Of a stretch of 64,000 nucleotides of DNA, positions 48,199-57,132 are shown one piece after another (within the stretch, counting starts at the first letter, position 1; the number at the start of each line of letters is the position of its first letter). The notes below the pieces were generated by a model. That model saw only the letters and a list, made by a program, of their open reading frames with translations, was not told where the DNA came from and made no database searches. Made by a program: the position numbers and the translations under genes. This stretch comes from Candidatus Kaiserbacteria bacterium (GTDB lineage: Bacteria > Patescibacteriota > Minisyncoccia > Phycocordibacterales > Phycocordibacteraceae), in assembly GCA_029288835.1 (NCBI GenBank), contig JARIGN010000032.1, positions 15,090-79,089 of the forward strand, read 5' to 3'.

Positions 48199-48651
48199 AT
48201 GACCAACAAACACAGCACCGTTACCAAAGAAGTGAGCACAAACGCAAAAGTTCGCGCGACCAAGGCGAAAGCGAAGGAAAGTACTGGTACAAAAAAGTCT
48301 CCGGCTCCTGAAGATGGTCATGTAGGGCTCATTCGCTCAAATTCTTTATACGAATCCCTTGCCGCGGAGCAGCGGGAGCACATCTTTGAGCATATTCGTT
48401 TCCTGGAAGAAAAGGTAGCTGAGCTTGAGCAGCGGGCGATGGTCATCGAGGAGCGTCTGGACCAAATAGAGTCCTTTTTTATCGATATGGCCACGGCAGA
48501 GGCTGAAATGGAGCTAGCTGAGACGGGAACGGTGGCGGAAATAGAGGAAAATGAGGAGGATGAAGATGAAGAAGAGGAGGATGAGGGGTCCAATGAGCCC
48601 GAAGAGGACCAATTTGGCCAAAAGTTTGACACTTCCTCGTATTTCGTATAG
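48199..48651 (+). CDS. Acidic coiled-coil protein, hypothetical
   Basis: A Lys-rich N-terminus, a heptad-like middle, and a poly-Asp/Glu tail EENEEDEDEEEEDEGSNEPEED. Confidence 0.35.
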   Translation: MTNKHSTVTKEVSTNAKVRATKAKAKESTGTKKSPAPEDGHVGLIRSNSLYESLAAEQREHIFEHIRFLEEKVAELEQRAMVIEERLDQIESFFIDMATAEAEMELAETGTVAEIEENEEDEDEEEEDEGSNEPEEDQFGQKFDTSSYFV

Positions 48652-48662
48652 ATTTTATCTAT

Positions 48663-48681
48663 CCCGCGACGCGGGCTTTTG
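48663..48681 (+). terminator. Short hairpin + T4 immediately before rpsS
   Basis: CCCGCGaCGCGGGcttttg. Confidence 0.4.
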
Positions 48682-48687
48682 CTTCAC

Positions 48688-49038
48688 ATGTCCCGATCAC
48701 TTAAAAAAGGGCCCTACGTCGACGTTAAGTTGATGAAGAAGGTCTCTCTTGCAAAACCAGGCACTGCCGGGGTTATTAAGACGTGGGCACGTCGAAGCCA
48801 AATTGCCCCTGAAATGGTTGGTTATACCTTTGGTGTCCATAACGGCAAGCAGCACGTAGAAGTGCTTGTGAGCGAAGATATGGTTGGTCATCGCCTAGGT
48901 GAATTCTCTCCCACGAAGAAATTCGTACGACACGGAGGAAAGATGCAGAAGGAGCTCGAGCAGAAGCGCCAGCAGGCTGAAATTGCCGCTGCAAAGGCTG
49001 CTAAGGCCGCTCCAGCTGCGCCAGCAAAGAAGAAATAA
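48688..49038 (+). CDS. rpsS: 30S ribosomal protein S19 with Lys/Ala-rich C-terminal extension
   Basis: [12 protein letters not shown] ... [18 protein letters not shown], then a 25-aa tail rich in [14 protein letters not shown]. Confidence 0.9.
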   Translation: MSRSLKKGPYVDVKLMKKVSLAKPGTAGVIKTWARRSQIAPEMVGYTFGVHNGKQHVEVLVSEDMVGHRLGEFSPTKKFVRHGGKMQKELEQKRQQAEIAAAKAAKAAPAAPAKKK

Positions 49039-49072
49039 GAGAGCCTAAGCAGATTTTCGTACTAACACTTTT

Positions 49073-49396
49073 ATGCGCGCAGAACTCACCAGCTATAACC
49101 AGTCACCTCGCAAGGTTCGCCTTGTGACCGACCTCGTAAAAGGAAAGAAAGTGTCAGAAGCACTTGCTATCCTTTCATTCCTTCCGAAGCGCGCTTCTCA
49201 GCCTATTTCAAAGCTTATTGCTTCTGCAGCAGCAAATGCAGTAAACAAGGGCGAAAATCTCGAAACCCTTCGCATCAAGAACATCACCGTCGACAGCGCA
49301 GGTATGCTCGTGCGCCTTATGCCTCGCGCAATGGGCCGTGGAGCACCTATTCGCCGCCGCAAGAGCTCCGTGGTAGTAACGCTCGAAACTAAATAA
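49073..49396 (+). CDS. rplV: 50S ribosomal protein L22
   Basis: SPRKVRLVTDLVKGKKVSEALAIL ... RLMPRAMGRGAPIRRR. Confidence 0.9.
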   Translation: MRAELTSYNQSPRKVRLVTDLVKGKKVSEALAILSFLPKRASQPISKLIASAAANAVNKGENLETLRIKNITVDSAGMLVRLMPRAMGRGAPIRRRKSSVVVTLETK

Positions 49397-49398
49397 AC

Positions 49399-50133
49399 AT
49401 GACACACACCGTACATCCATACGCACATAGGCTTGGTATCATCCGCGACTGGCGCAGCCGCTGGTTTGCTGGTGACAAGAAAACCTACCGCGAGAACATT
49501 CTCGTGGACCAGAGCATCCGCTCATTCCTCAATAAGCGCCTTAAAGGTATGCATGTCACGGAAATAGAGATTGAGCGCTCCCAGAGCGAGATCCGCGTGA
49601 TCATCAACACCGCGCGCCCAGGCCTCGTTATCGGCCGCTCAGGTGAAAACGCCACAAAGCTCCGCAAGGAAGTGTCAGATGCTATCCGAAAGGTGGCTCC
49701 AAACCACGGCCGCACCGTAAAGCTCGACATCATGGAAATTCGCCAGCCGGAGACGAGTGCGAAGGTTGTTGGATTCCTCATTGCGGAAGGTCTTGAGAAG
49801 CGTATGCCATTCCGCCGCGTGCTTAAGCAGACGGTTGAAAAGGTTATGGCAGTGCGCGAGGTGGTCGGTGTGCGCATCGTTATCTCAGGCCGTCTTGGTG
49901 GCGCAGATATGTCTCGCACCGAGCAGATCAAGAAGGGCCGCATTCCGCTTCAGACCTTCCGCGCAAACATCGACTACGCACAGGTTGAAGCAAATCTTCC
50001 GTATGGTGTTATTGGTATTAAGGTGTGGATCTACCTCGGCGACCAGTTCACCGACCGCGAGCACCAGAACGTTTCTCGTCCGGCAGCTGCACAGAATGGT
50101 GGCCGCCAGGCACCAGCTCGCTCAGCCGCATAA
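49399..50133 (+). CDS. rpsC: 30S ribosomal protein S3
   Basis: HPYAHRLGIIRDW, a KH domain, and GRLGGADMSRTE. Confidence 0.95.
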   Translation: MTHTVHPYAHRLGIIRDWRSRWFAGDKKTYRENILVDQSIRSFLNKRLKGMHVTEIEIERSQSEIRVIINTARPGLVIGRSGENATKLRKEVSDAIRKVAPNHGRTVKLDIMEIRQPETSAKVVGFLIAEGLEKRMPFRRVLKQTVEKVMAVREVVGVRIVISGRLGGADMSRTEQIKKGRIPLQTFRANIDYAQVEANLPYGVIGIKVWIYLGDQFTDREHQNVSRPAAAQNGGRQAPARSAA

Positions 50134-50144
50134 TAAATTTTCGT

Positions 50145-50564
50145 ATGCTATTCCCTAAAAAAGTAAAACACCGAAAATGGCAGACCGGCCGCAAGAGCGA
50201 AACGCGCCTTGCGCGTCCTGACACGCGCGGCACAACCGTGGCTTTTGGCTCATACGGCCTAAAGGCAACGACTCCTCACCGAGTCACCTCAAACCAGATC
50301 GAGGCTGCTCGAAAAGTGCTTTCTCGCGCAACCGGCAAGGGAGGCAAGATGTGGATCCGCATCTTCCCTGACCGACCAATCACCCAGAAGGCTGCAGAAG
50401 TGGGTATGGGTAAGGGTAAGGGTGATCCGAAGTTCTTCGTATTCGAAGTGCGCCCAGGTCGCGTTATGTTTGAGGTCGATGGCATTTCAGATGCCGTAGC
50501 ACGTGATGCGCTTCGCCGTGCTGGTGCAAAACTCCCGGTTAAGACGACTGTCGTCACCCGCTAA
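50145..50564 (+). CDS. rplP: 50S ribosomal protein L16
   Basis: MLFPKKVKHRKWQTGR ... conserved L16 core. The start was placed at ATG 50145 just after the rpsC stop. Confidence 0.9.
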   Translation: MLFPKKVKHRKWQTGRKSETRLARPDTRGTTVAFGSYGLKATTPHRVTSNQIEAARKVLSRATGKGGKMWIRIFPDRPITQKAAEVGMGKGKGDPKFFVFEVRPGRVMFEVDGISDAVARDALRRAGAKLPVKTTVVTR

Positions 50565-50575
50565 CCCTTTTATTT

Positions 50576-50827
50576 ATGGCAAAAAAACTAGACCTCACCA
50601 CTAAGAACCGCACCGAGCTTTTCGATCTCCTTTCAAAGGAGCGTGAAGAGCTACGCAAAGCGCGTTTTGAAGCAGCAGGAAGCCGCCCAAAGGATGCATC
50701 TTCTGCAAAGAAGGCACGCCGCAGCGTTGCACGTATTTTGACCGTGCTTCATGCAACGCGTCCAGTACACACTTCTGGCGCCGCTGAAAAGGGTGAAGAG
50801 CTTGCCGAAACCGAGGCAACAGCGTAA
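50576..50827 (+). CDS. rpmC: 50S ribosomal protein L29
   Basis: ELRKARFE-type helix with a C-terminal extension. The stop overlaps the rpsQ start (TAATG). Confidence 0.85.
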   Translation: MAKKLDLTTKNRTELFDLLSKEREELRKARFEAAGSRPKDASSAKKARRSVARILTVLHATRPVHTSGAAEKGEELAETEATA

Positions 50828-51165
50828 TGTCAGAAAGTATTCACTCATTTATGCCAACTTCAATCGCTACAACGCAAAAGACCGAGTCACGACCCCAGAC
50901 CTTCCAGGGAGTGGTTGTTAAGACTGCAATGAAAGACACGGCTACCGTGGCGGTTTCTCGCTATGTGAAGCATCCAAAGTACAAGAAGTACCAGACTCGC
51001 ACCAAGAAATACCTCGTGGAGGACACTGGCAATCAGACCAAGGTTGGCGACAAGGTTACCATCCAGGCATGCGCACCGCTTTCAAAGATGAAGCACTTCC
51101 GCATCCTTTCGGTGCAGTCTTCAGCTTCTTTCGAGGATGCTGACCTAGAGGCAGGTGCCGAATAG
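50827..51165 (+). CDS. rpsQ: 30S ribosomal protein S17
   Basis: QGVVVKTAMKDTATVAVSRYVKHPKYKKY ... GDKVTIQACAPLSKMKHFRI. Confidence 0.9.
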   Translation: MSESIHSFMPTSIATTQKTESRPQTFQGVVVKTAMKDTATVAVSRYVKHPKYKKYQTRTKKYLVEDTGNQTKVGDKVTIQACAPLSKMKHFRILSVQSSASFEDADLEAGAE

Positions 51166-51179
51166 TTTTATACACGCTT

Positions 51180-51557
51180 ATGATCCAAGACCAGACCATC
51201 GTTAAAGTTGCAGACAACACCGGCGCTACCGTAGCCCGCGTCTTCAAGGTACTTGGCGGATCAAAGCGTCGCTATGCAGAGCTCGGCGATGTAGTCGTGG
51301 TTTCTATCCAGAGCGCGCAGCCTCGCAAAGCCGCAAAGAAAAAGGATATCTATAAGGCAGTGGTCGTGCGCCAGGTGAAGCCATTCCGCCGCGCAAACGG
51401 CTCCTATGTTTCGTTTGATGATAATGCAGTCGTGATCATTGAGAAGCAGGGTAAGGAAATGGGTCCAAAGGGCAACCGCGTGTTTGGTCCGGTGCCACGC
51501 GACCTCATCGAGAAGGGTTGGGGTAACATCGCGTCACTCGCGCCAGAAATCGTCTAA
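51180..51557 (+). CDS. rplN: 50S ribosomal protein L14
   Basis: MIQDQTIVKVADNTGA ... full L14 pattern. Confidence 0.95.
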   Translation: MIQDQTIVKVADNTGATVARVFKVLGGSKRRYAELGDVVVVSIQSAQPRKAAKKKDIYKAVVVRQVKPFRRANGSYVSFDDNAVVIIEKQGKEMGPKGNRVFGPVPRDLIEKGWGNIASLAPEIV

Positions 51558-51583
51558 CCGCATTCGCGAATTCACAATTACTT

Positions 51584-51895
51584 ATGAAAATGAAACTCAA
51601 AAAAGGCGACCCGGTCATCGTAGTGTCCGGAAAAGATAAGGGAAAGACCGGCAAGATCGAGCGCGTCCTTCGTGCAGAAGGGAAGGTCGTTATTGACGGC
51701 GTTGCAATGTACAAGCGCAGCCAGAAGAAGGTTCGTGGCGAGATTGGCCAGATCGTTGAGCGCCCACGCGCTATCGATGCGTCAAACGTCATGTTCCTCG
51801 ATTCAGAGAGTAAGAAAGGCACCCGTGTTGGTCGCGAAATGCGCGACGGAAAGCGCGTCCGTGTCACCAAGAAGGGCCAGAAAGTATTGGCATAG
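51584..51895 (+). CDS. rplX: 50S ribosomal protein L24
   Basis: KKGDPVIVVSGKDKGKTGKI, a KOW motif. Confidence 0.9.
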   Translation: MKMKLKKGDPVIVVSGKDKGKTGKIERVLRAEGKVVIDGVAMYKRSQKKVRGEIGQIVERPRAIDASNVMFLDSESKKGTRVGREMRDGKRVRVTKKGQKVLA

Positions 51896-51911
51896 CTCCT
51901 AAGAAATTTTT

Positions 51912-52445
51912 ATGATTACCAAAGCACAACAGCAAACCGCATACGAAACCCTTCAGAAGGATTTTGGCTATACCAATGTAAACCAGTCGCCAAAGCTTCT
52001 CAAAATAGTCGTTTCTTCTGGCGTGGGTTCCGCAAAGGATAAAAATCGCATCAAGGTCGTTGAGGACCGCCTTACCCGCATTACTGGCCAGAAGCCTGCT
52101 GCGCGCGCATCAAAGCAGTCTATCGCGCAGTTCAAGGTGCGCCAGGGCGACGTCGTGGGGTACCAGGTGACCCTCCGTGGCGCGCGCATGTATGAGTTCC
52201 TCGACAAGCTCGTGCACATTGCGCTTCCTCGAACCCGCGACTTTCGTGGCCTCTCAGCAGGAGCAATCGATGAAATGGGTAACCTCACCATCGGCCTTCG
52301 CGAGCACACCATCTTCCCGGAAGCTTCAGAAGAAGACCTTAAGGATGTCTTTGGCATGGCGATCACCCTCGTGACCACCGCAAAGAGCAAGGAAGAAGCA
52401 GAGGCATTCTTCCGTCACCTAGGGATTCCGCTTCGTCAGGCATAA
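51912..52445 (+). CDS. rplE: 50S ribosomal protein L5
   Basis: Full L5 pattern (FGYTNVNQSPKL ... GMAITLVTTAKS). Confidence 0.95.
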   Translation: MITKAQQQTAYETLQKDFGYTNVNQSPKLLKIVVSSGVGSAKDKNRIKVVEDRLTRITGQKPAARASKQSIAQFKVRQGDVVGYQVTLRGARMYEFLDKLVHIALPRTRDFRGLSAGAIDEMGNLTIGLREHTIFPEASEEDLKDVFGMAITLVTTAKSKEEAEAFFRHLGIPLRQA

Positions 52446-52468
52446 CGTTATTCCAATGTAAAATCAAA

Positions 52469-52499
52469 GAAAGCCCTAAAGGGCTTTCTTTGATTTTAT
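52469..52499. terminator. Bidirectional intrinsic terminator between rplE (+) and the minus-strand secreted-protein gene
   Basis: GAAAGCCCtaaaGGGCTTTCtttgattttattt with an A-run upstream. Confidence 0.75.
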
Positions 52500-53867
52500 T
52501 TATGCTTGCGCAAGCGCAGTAAAACAGGCAGCGGAGTCAGTGGTCATTGCTGTACATGCTTGGGTCAAGTCGCTTTTACTAATTCCGGAAAAGTAGGCAT
52601 ACCCAATAACTCCCTTATAAAACGCTGCCTTTTCTGAATCGGTTAGTCCTGAAGCAAATGATTCCGACTGCTCCAAATGCTGGCCTTTAAAATGGTTCAT
52701 CATGGTGATGCCGATACCTTGTAGGCAAAAATCCGTATCTGACTCAGAAAGATTGCTCGTGGTGCAGAGGGTAATAGCACCGCTATAGTCTTTGTCATGG
52801 TTTCGCAGGTAACCAAAAGATGAATAAAGAAAACAATCGGGCTTTTCATCCGCCGTAGCGGAAATACAGGGCTCAAGGGGTTTATGTATATCCCAGCCAA
52901 GCGTGCCTGGACCCGAATGCTCAGTACTTCCCCAGAAAAGTTCCATATATACTCCTTCATAGCAGCGCGCCGTATAGAGCGCTGTGCCAATGCTTTGGCA
53001 TGCAGCAAGGGAAGGGGCGAGTGCCCGTTTATTTAAAAACATAAGCGCATGACCAACGCCATGGAAACAACTTTCCTTATAGCTGGTAGGGACGGTCGCG
53101 CAGGCATCAGCTGGATGGTCTTTCAGCTGGGGCTGATGCAAGAAAAGCTCCTCCATAATGCCGTGCATATAGCCACCCGCACATATATTTTCAACAGATG
53201 AGTACCCTACAGAATTCGTGCTATGTACGAGCATTGCACCGGAAAATCCATAGAGCTCATAGGCATGATGGCCTAAATCGTGCCCTATATCGTGACAATT
53301 AACCGAAAGGCTTGGGTCAGCCGTAATGGTTTGAAATACTTTTAGTATAGAGCTAGGGTCATGCGGATCAAGCATTGCAACCAATTTGTCGCGTATTGCT
53401 GCTTGTGATGACTTGGTTTTATCAATGTTAGGGTTAGGGTTTGAAGGATCAAAGACCTGGATGACGCCATGGTCATCAGGACGGTATTGGTTGTAATAAC
53501 CATAGGTTCCCGCCTGAGTAAACCGAAATGAGTAGGATGAACCTACCGGATAGCTGCTTGTTGCATTAAATGCGGGGTAGTCAGTATTGGAAGGAAAGGG
53601 ATCTGACACAGGCATCAGGGGCGTATCGATCACATTTTTAAAGGTCACCACGCTGTTTATCGGTACGCTCACAAAATCATCGTTAAAACCGTCAACGGTG
53701 TAGGTGATTATTGTTGAAGAGGCTTCTTCGGCAAAAGAGTGAGTATCTGCCCGAGAAGTGGTGGGAAGGTGAAAAGGAAATACAGCAAGGCTGTACCCAC
53801 CGATAATAAGAAGGAGGATAAGTACAAATCCACCAAATGCCGCGTAGAGGCGAAGATTTTTTTGCAT
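52500..53867 (-). CDS. Secreted/anchored Cys-rich protein with a cupredoxin-like beta domain, hypothetical (antisense insertion inside the spc-like operon)
   Basis: 455 aa from MQKNLRLYAAFGGFVLILLLIIGG, a signal anchor. It carries multiple His pairs (HDIGHDLGHHAYELYG, HGIMEELF, HGVGHALMF) and more than 10 Cys. No family was recognised. Confidence 0.5.
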   Translation of the reverse strand: MQKNLRLYAAFGGFVLILLLIIGGYSLAVFPFHLPTTSRADTHSFAEEASSTIITYTVDGFNDDFVSVPINSVVTFKNVIDTPLMPVSDPFPSNTDYPAFNATSSYPVGSSYSFRFTQAGTYGYYNQYRPDDHGVIQVFDPSNPNPNIDKTKSSQAAIRDKLVAMLDPHDPSSILKVFQTITADPSLSVNCHDIGHDLGHHAYELYGFSGAMLVHSTNSVGYSSVENICAGGYMHGIMEELFLHQPQLKDHPADACATVPTSYKESCFHGVGHALMFLNKRALAPSLAACQSIGTALYTARCYEGVYMELFWGSTEHSGPGTLGWDIHKPLEPCISATADEKPDCFLYSSFGYLRNHDKDYSGAITLCTTSNLSESDTDFCLQGIGITMMNHFKGQHLEQSESFASGLTDSEKAAFYKGVIGYAYFSGISKSDLTQACTAMTTDSAACFTALAQA

Positions 53868-53997
53868 TAAAATCAATTGCTGAGTTTCATGTATACGATA
53901 GCATGAGTTATTTCTTGGTTTAGAGAGCATGTGCCTTTTGCTCAATGCAATAAAAGGTATAGAGTAAAGCGGGACCTCAAGCAAAAGGGAGGTAGTG

Positions 53998-54309
53998 ATG
54001 ATCAAAAGTCCTGTCACCCTCATGTATGAGGGCAAAATTTATATGATTACCTGGGTAGAGGGAATGGGCGGCCGGGCAAAATGCCTGTATTGCTCAAATC
54101 CCGAGAGTTATCGGCGCGACGTGCGTGTGCATTCTATGGCTCACGCTGGTCAGATATTGGCTCGAGACAGCTCACCAGGTTGCGATATTCTCAAAATATT
54201 CAAGAGAGGCATGCATTCAGGCCGCAGTGTCTGCAGAAAGCCTTCCTGTCAGGCTCGACTTGAGGTAGAGCGAGAGACTTTCTTAGCCCGAGAGGGTGAC
54301 TCTTCCTGA
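53998..54309 (+). CDS. Small putative zinc-ribbon protein, hypothetical
   Basis: A strong SD GGGAGG 7 nt upstream of ATG. Two Cys pairs, CLYC ... CRKPSC. Confidence 0.35.
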   Translation: MIKSPVTLMYEGKIYMITWVEGMGGRAKCLYCSNPESYRRDVRVHSMAHAGQILARDSSPGCDILKIFKRGMHSGRSVCRKPSCQARLEVERETFLAREGDSS

Positions 54310-54346
54310 AGAGCCATGGCACTTCCTGCCCTGGCTCTTTCTTTAT

Positions 54347-54375
54347 TTGACAGCCTATTTCTTACCTGATACATT
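54347..54375 (+). promoter_or_regulatory. Candidate promoter TTGACA-N17-TACATT upstream of rpsN
   Basis: TTGACAgcctatttcttacctgaTACATT, about 30 nt upstream of the rpsN ATG. Confidence 0.45.
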
Positions 54376-54404
54376 AGTGGAAGCTCCTCGGAGCGCTTTT
54401 TCGT

Positions 54405-54674
54405 ATGGCTAAAACCTCACAACTTGCGCGAAACCGCAAAAAGATCAAACTCGCGGCAAAGTACGCTGAAAAGCGTGCGGCTCTTAAGGCTGCCGGTGAC
54501 TTTGAAGGCCTTCAGAAGCTTCCCCGAAACTCCTCTCCTGTCCGCATCAAGAACCGCTGCGCTATCTCTGGCCGTGGCCGTGGGTACCTCCGTGAATTCG
54601 GCCTTTCCCGCATTGTGTTCCGTGAACTCGCTCGCGAAGGCAAGATTCCTGGTGTTAAGAAAGCTTCCTGGTAA
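54405..54674 (+). CDS. rpsN: 30S ribosomal protein S14 (long, non-zinc form)
   Basis: [20 protein letters not shown] ... [22 protein letters not shown]. Confidence 0.9.
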   Translation: MAKTSQLARNRKKIKLAAKYAEKRAALKAAGDFEGLQKLPRNSSPVRIKNRCAISGRGRGYLREFGLSRIVFRELAREGKIPGVKKASW

Positions 54675-54680
54675 CTATTT

Positions 54681-55082
54681 ATGATCACTGACCGCGTAGG
54701 AGACTTCATTATTCGACTCAAGAACGCTGGCGCTATCGGCGCTGAGACCGTCACCGTGCCTTTTTCAAAGCACCTCGAGGAAATCGCAAACAAGCTTAAG
54801 GACCTCGGCTTCGTGAGCCGCGTGGAGACTGTAAAGAAGCCAGGCAGCAATTTCTCTTCACTCGAAGTAACGCTCGCGTATGACGAAAAAGGCCAGCACA
54901 AGATCCACGACGTAAAGCGCATCAGCAAGCCAGGTCGCCGTATGTATGTACCTGCACGTGAAGCGCACACCGTTAAGAACGGCCTTGGTGCTCGTGTTAT
55001 CTCTACGCCGAAGGGAATCCTTTCCGACAAGGAAGCACGCAAGGTTCGCGCAGGAGGAGAAAACCTTTTTGAGGTCTGGTAA
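54681..55082 (+). CDS. rpsH: 30S ribosomal protein S8
   Basis: DRVGDFIIRLKNAG ... full S8 pattern. Confidence 0.95.
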   Translation: MITDRVGDFIIRLKNAGAIGAETVTVPFSKHLEEIANKLKDLGFVSRVETVKKPGSNFSSLEVTLAYDEKGQHKIHDVKRISKPGRRMYVPAREAHTVKNGLGARVISTPKGILSDKEARKVRAGGENLFEVW

Positions 55083-55096
55083 TAGAAGATATTTGT

Positions 55097-55633
55097 ATGC
55101 CATCACGCCTCGCTAAAAAACCAATACCGGTACCCGCAAAAGTAGAAGTATCTACGGCTAATGGCGTGCTTTCCGTAAAGGGACCAAAGGAAACCCTCAC
55201 CAAGACCTACCATTCTTCTATTTCCATCGATGTCACTCCAGAAGGCGTTGTTATCGCCCCAAAGGACAGCAGCCGCCTCGCGCATGCACTTACCGGCACG
55301 TTTGCAGCGCACCTTAACGCCATGATGAAGGGTGTTGAGACGCCATTCCGCAAGAGTCTCGTGCTTAAGGGTGTGGGATACCGCGTGGAGCTTCGTGGGA
55401 ATGACCTCGTCTTCAACGTCGGCTTTTCTCATCCGGTTACGCTCACCGTGCCGCAGGGTCTCACTGCAGCGGTAGAAAAGGGAACCATCCGCATCGAGGG
55501 GGCAGACAAGCAGCGCGTCGGGCAGTTTGCGGCAGAAGTGCGCGCGGTGAAGCCACCAGAGCCATACCTTGGAAAGGGTATCGCATACGAGAATGAAGTG
55601 ATTCGTCGCAAGCAGGGTAAGAAGTCGGTATAG
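55097..55633 (+). CDS. rplF: 50S ribosomal protein L6
   Basis: Two-domain L6 pattern (SRLAKKPIPVP ... GVGYRVEL). Confidence 0.95.
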   Translation: MPSRLAKKPIPVPAKVEVSTANGVLSVKGPKETLTKTYHSSISIDVTPEGVVIAPKDSSRLAHALTGTFAAHLNAMMKGVETPFRKSLVLKGVGYRVELRGNDLVFNVGFSHPVTLTVPQGLTAAVEKGTIRIEGADKQRVGQFAAEVRAVKPPEPYLGKGIAYENEVIRRKQGKKSV

Positions 55634-55648
55634 TAGCGAGAAATTTAT

Positions 55649-56011
55649 ATGGCACAACTTCCAACAACAAAACTTAGCACCAAGAAGGACCTTCGCACCC
55701 GTCGCCACACGCGTATTCGCGCACGCATTTCTGGTACCGCAGAACGCCCTCGTCTCGCTTTTTCAAAGTCGAACCGCTTCGTACAGGTGCAGCTTATCGA
55801 TGACGTAGCAGGGAAGACCCTTGCTGCAGTGCATGGCCGCACTATCAAGGGCACCGTCACCGAGCAGGCACAAAAGGCAGGCGCAGTAATTGCAGCGAAG
55901 GCGAAGAGTGCAGGCGTAACCAAGGTAGTCTTTGATCGCGGTGGCTTCAGCTACACGGGTCAGGTAAAGGCACTTGCTGATGCAGCACGCGAGGCCGGTC
56001 TCGAATTTTAA
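55649..56011 (+). CDS. rplR: 50S ribosomal protein L18
   Basis: RPRLAFSKSNRFVQVQLIDD ... VVFDRGGFSYTGQVKALADAAREAGLEF. Confidence 0.9.
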   Translation: MAQLPTTKLSTKKDLRTRRHTRIRARISGTAERPRLAFSKSNRFVQVQLIDDVAGKTLAAVHGRTIKGTVTEQAQKAGAVIAAKAKSAGVTKVVFDRGGFSYTGQVKALADAAREAGLEF

Positions 56012-56019
56012 TTATCTAT

Positions 56020-56661
56020 ATGGCAAACGACACGATACAAGACGTAAACGAGGTAGCAGCAGATATCGACACGGAGGTTGATGCACCTGTTGTCGAAGAG
56101 GCTGTAGAAGCTACGGACGCTGTTGAAGTAGCGCCTGAGGCACCTGCTGCGGATGGCCGGAATACTGCGGTACGTCAGCGCCGAGGTGGACGCACCGGCG
56201 GCCGCCCTCGCGCACCACGCGAGCGCAGCGAGTTCGACCAGGCTACCCTCGACGTGCGTCGCGTCGCCCGCGTTATGGGAGGCGGTCGCCGTTTCTCCTT
56301 CAGCGTCACCGTGGTTATTGGTGACCGCAAGGGACGCGTGGGCGTGGGTCTTGGAAAGGGTGCAGATACCGCCCTTGCTATCGACAAGGCTGTGCGTGAT
56401 GCCCGCAAGCATCTCATCACCGTGCCGCTCACCGCAGACAACTCCATTCGCCATCCTGTTTCTGCTCGTTATGGTTCCTCAGATGTAGAAATCATTCCTT
56501 CTCCAGGCCGCGGACTCGTGGCGGGTAGCGCAATGCGCATCGTGCTTGAGTACGCAGGCGTTACGAACGTCGTCACTAAGATCCTCAGCCGCACCAAGAA
56601 CAAGCTCACCATCGCACGTGCGACGGTTAAGGCGCTTGAGTCTCTCCAGAAGCAGAGCTAA
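56020..56661 (+). CDS. rpsE: 30S ribosomal protein S5 with acidic N-terminal extension
   Basis: S5 dsRBD and C-domain (VVIGDRKGRVGVGLGKG ... IVLEYAGV), preceded by about 45 aa of D/E/A/V-rich sequence. Confidence 0.9.
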   Translation: MANDTIQDVNEVAADIDTEVDAPVVEEAVEATDAVEVAPEAPAADGRNTAVRQRRGGRTGGRPRAPRERSEFDQATLDVRRVARVMGGGRRFSFSVTVVIGDRKGRVGVGLGKGADTALAIDKAVRDARKHLITVPLTADNSIRHPVSARYGSSDVEIIPSPGRGLVAGSAMRIVLEYAGVTNVVTKILSRTKNKLTIARATVKALESLQKQS

Positions 56662-56679
56662 TGCGCTAACAATACTTTT

Positions 56680-57126
56680 ATGCAATCGAACACCCTCAAA
56701 CGAACACACGCAAACATCACGACCCCTCGCGTAGGACGTGGTGGTAAGCGTGGAAAGACTTCCGGCCGTGGTACTAAAGGCCAGAACGCGCGCGCAGGCC
56801 ATAAGAACCGTCCAGAAATGCGCGACATCATCAAGAAGATTCCAAAGCTCCGCGGCCATGGAAAGAACCGCTCACGCACCGTGCGCGTTCGTGAAAGCTA
56901 TACCCCAGTAAATCTCGCAACACTCGAGATGGCATTTAACGCAGGCGACACCGTTACCTTCGCAGCACTTGCCCAGAAGGGCATCACCAGCATGCGCGGC
57001 GGCAAAGTCCAGCGCGTAAAGGTGCTCGGCACCGGCTCTCTCAGCAAGAAGCTCGAGCTCTCCGGCATTCCGGTTTCAGAAACGGCCAAAGCTGCGATAG
57101 AAAAAGCAGGCGGCTCGGTACTATAA
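56680..57126 (+). CDS. rplO: 50S ribosomal protein L15
   Basis: GRGGKRGKTSGRGTKGQNARAG, Gly/Arg-rich, L15 pattern. It follows rpsE directly with no L30 gene. Confidence 0.9.
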   Translation: MQSNTLKRTHANITTPRVGRGGKRGKTSGRGTKGQNARAGHKNRPEMRDIIKKIPKLRGHGKNRSRTVRVRESYTPVNLATLEMAFNAGDTVTFAALAQKGITSMRGGKVQRVKVLGTGSLSKKLELSGIPVSETAKAAIEKAGGSVL

Positions 57127-57132
57127 GAGCCT

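Noticed and set aside
48624-48656. Promoter for rpsS inside the 3' end of the acidic-protein gene (TTGACA at 48626)
   Set aside because: The spacer to any acceptable -10 is only 14-15 nt, so it is not convincing. How rpsS is transcribed remains open.
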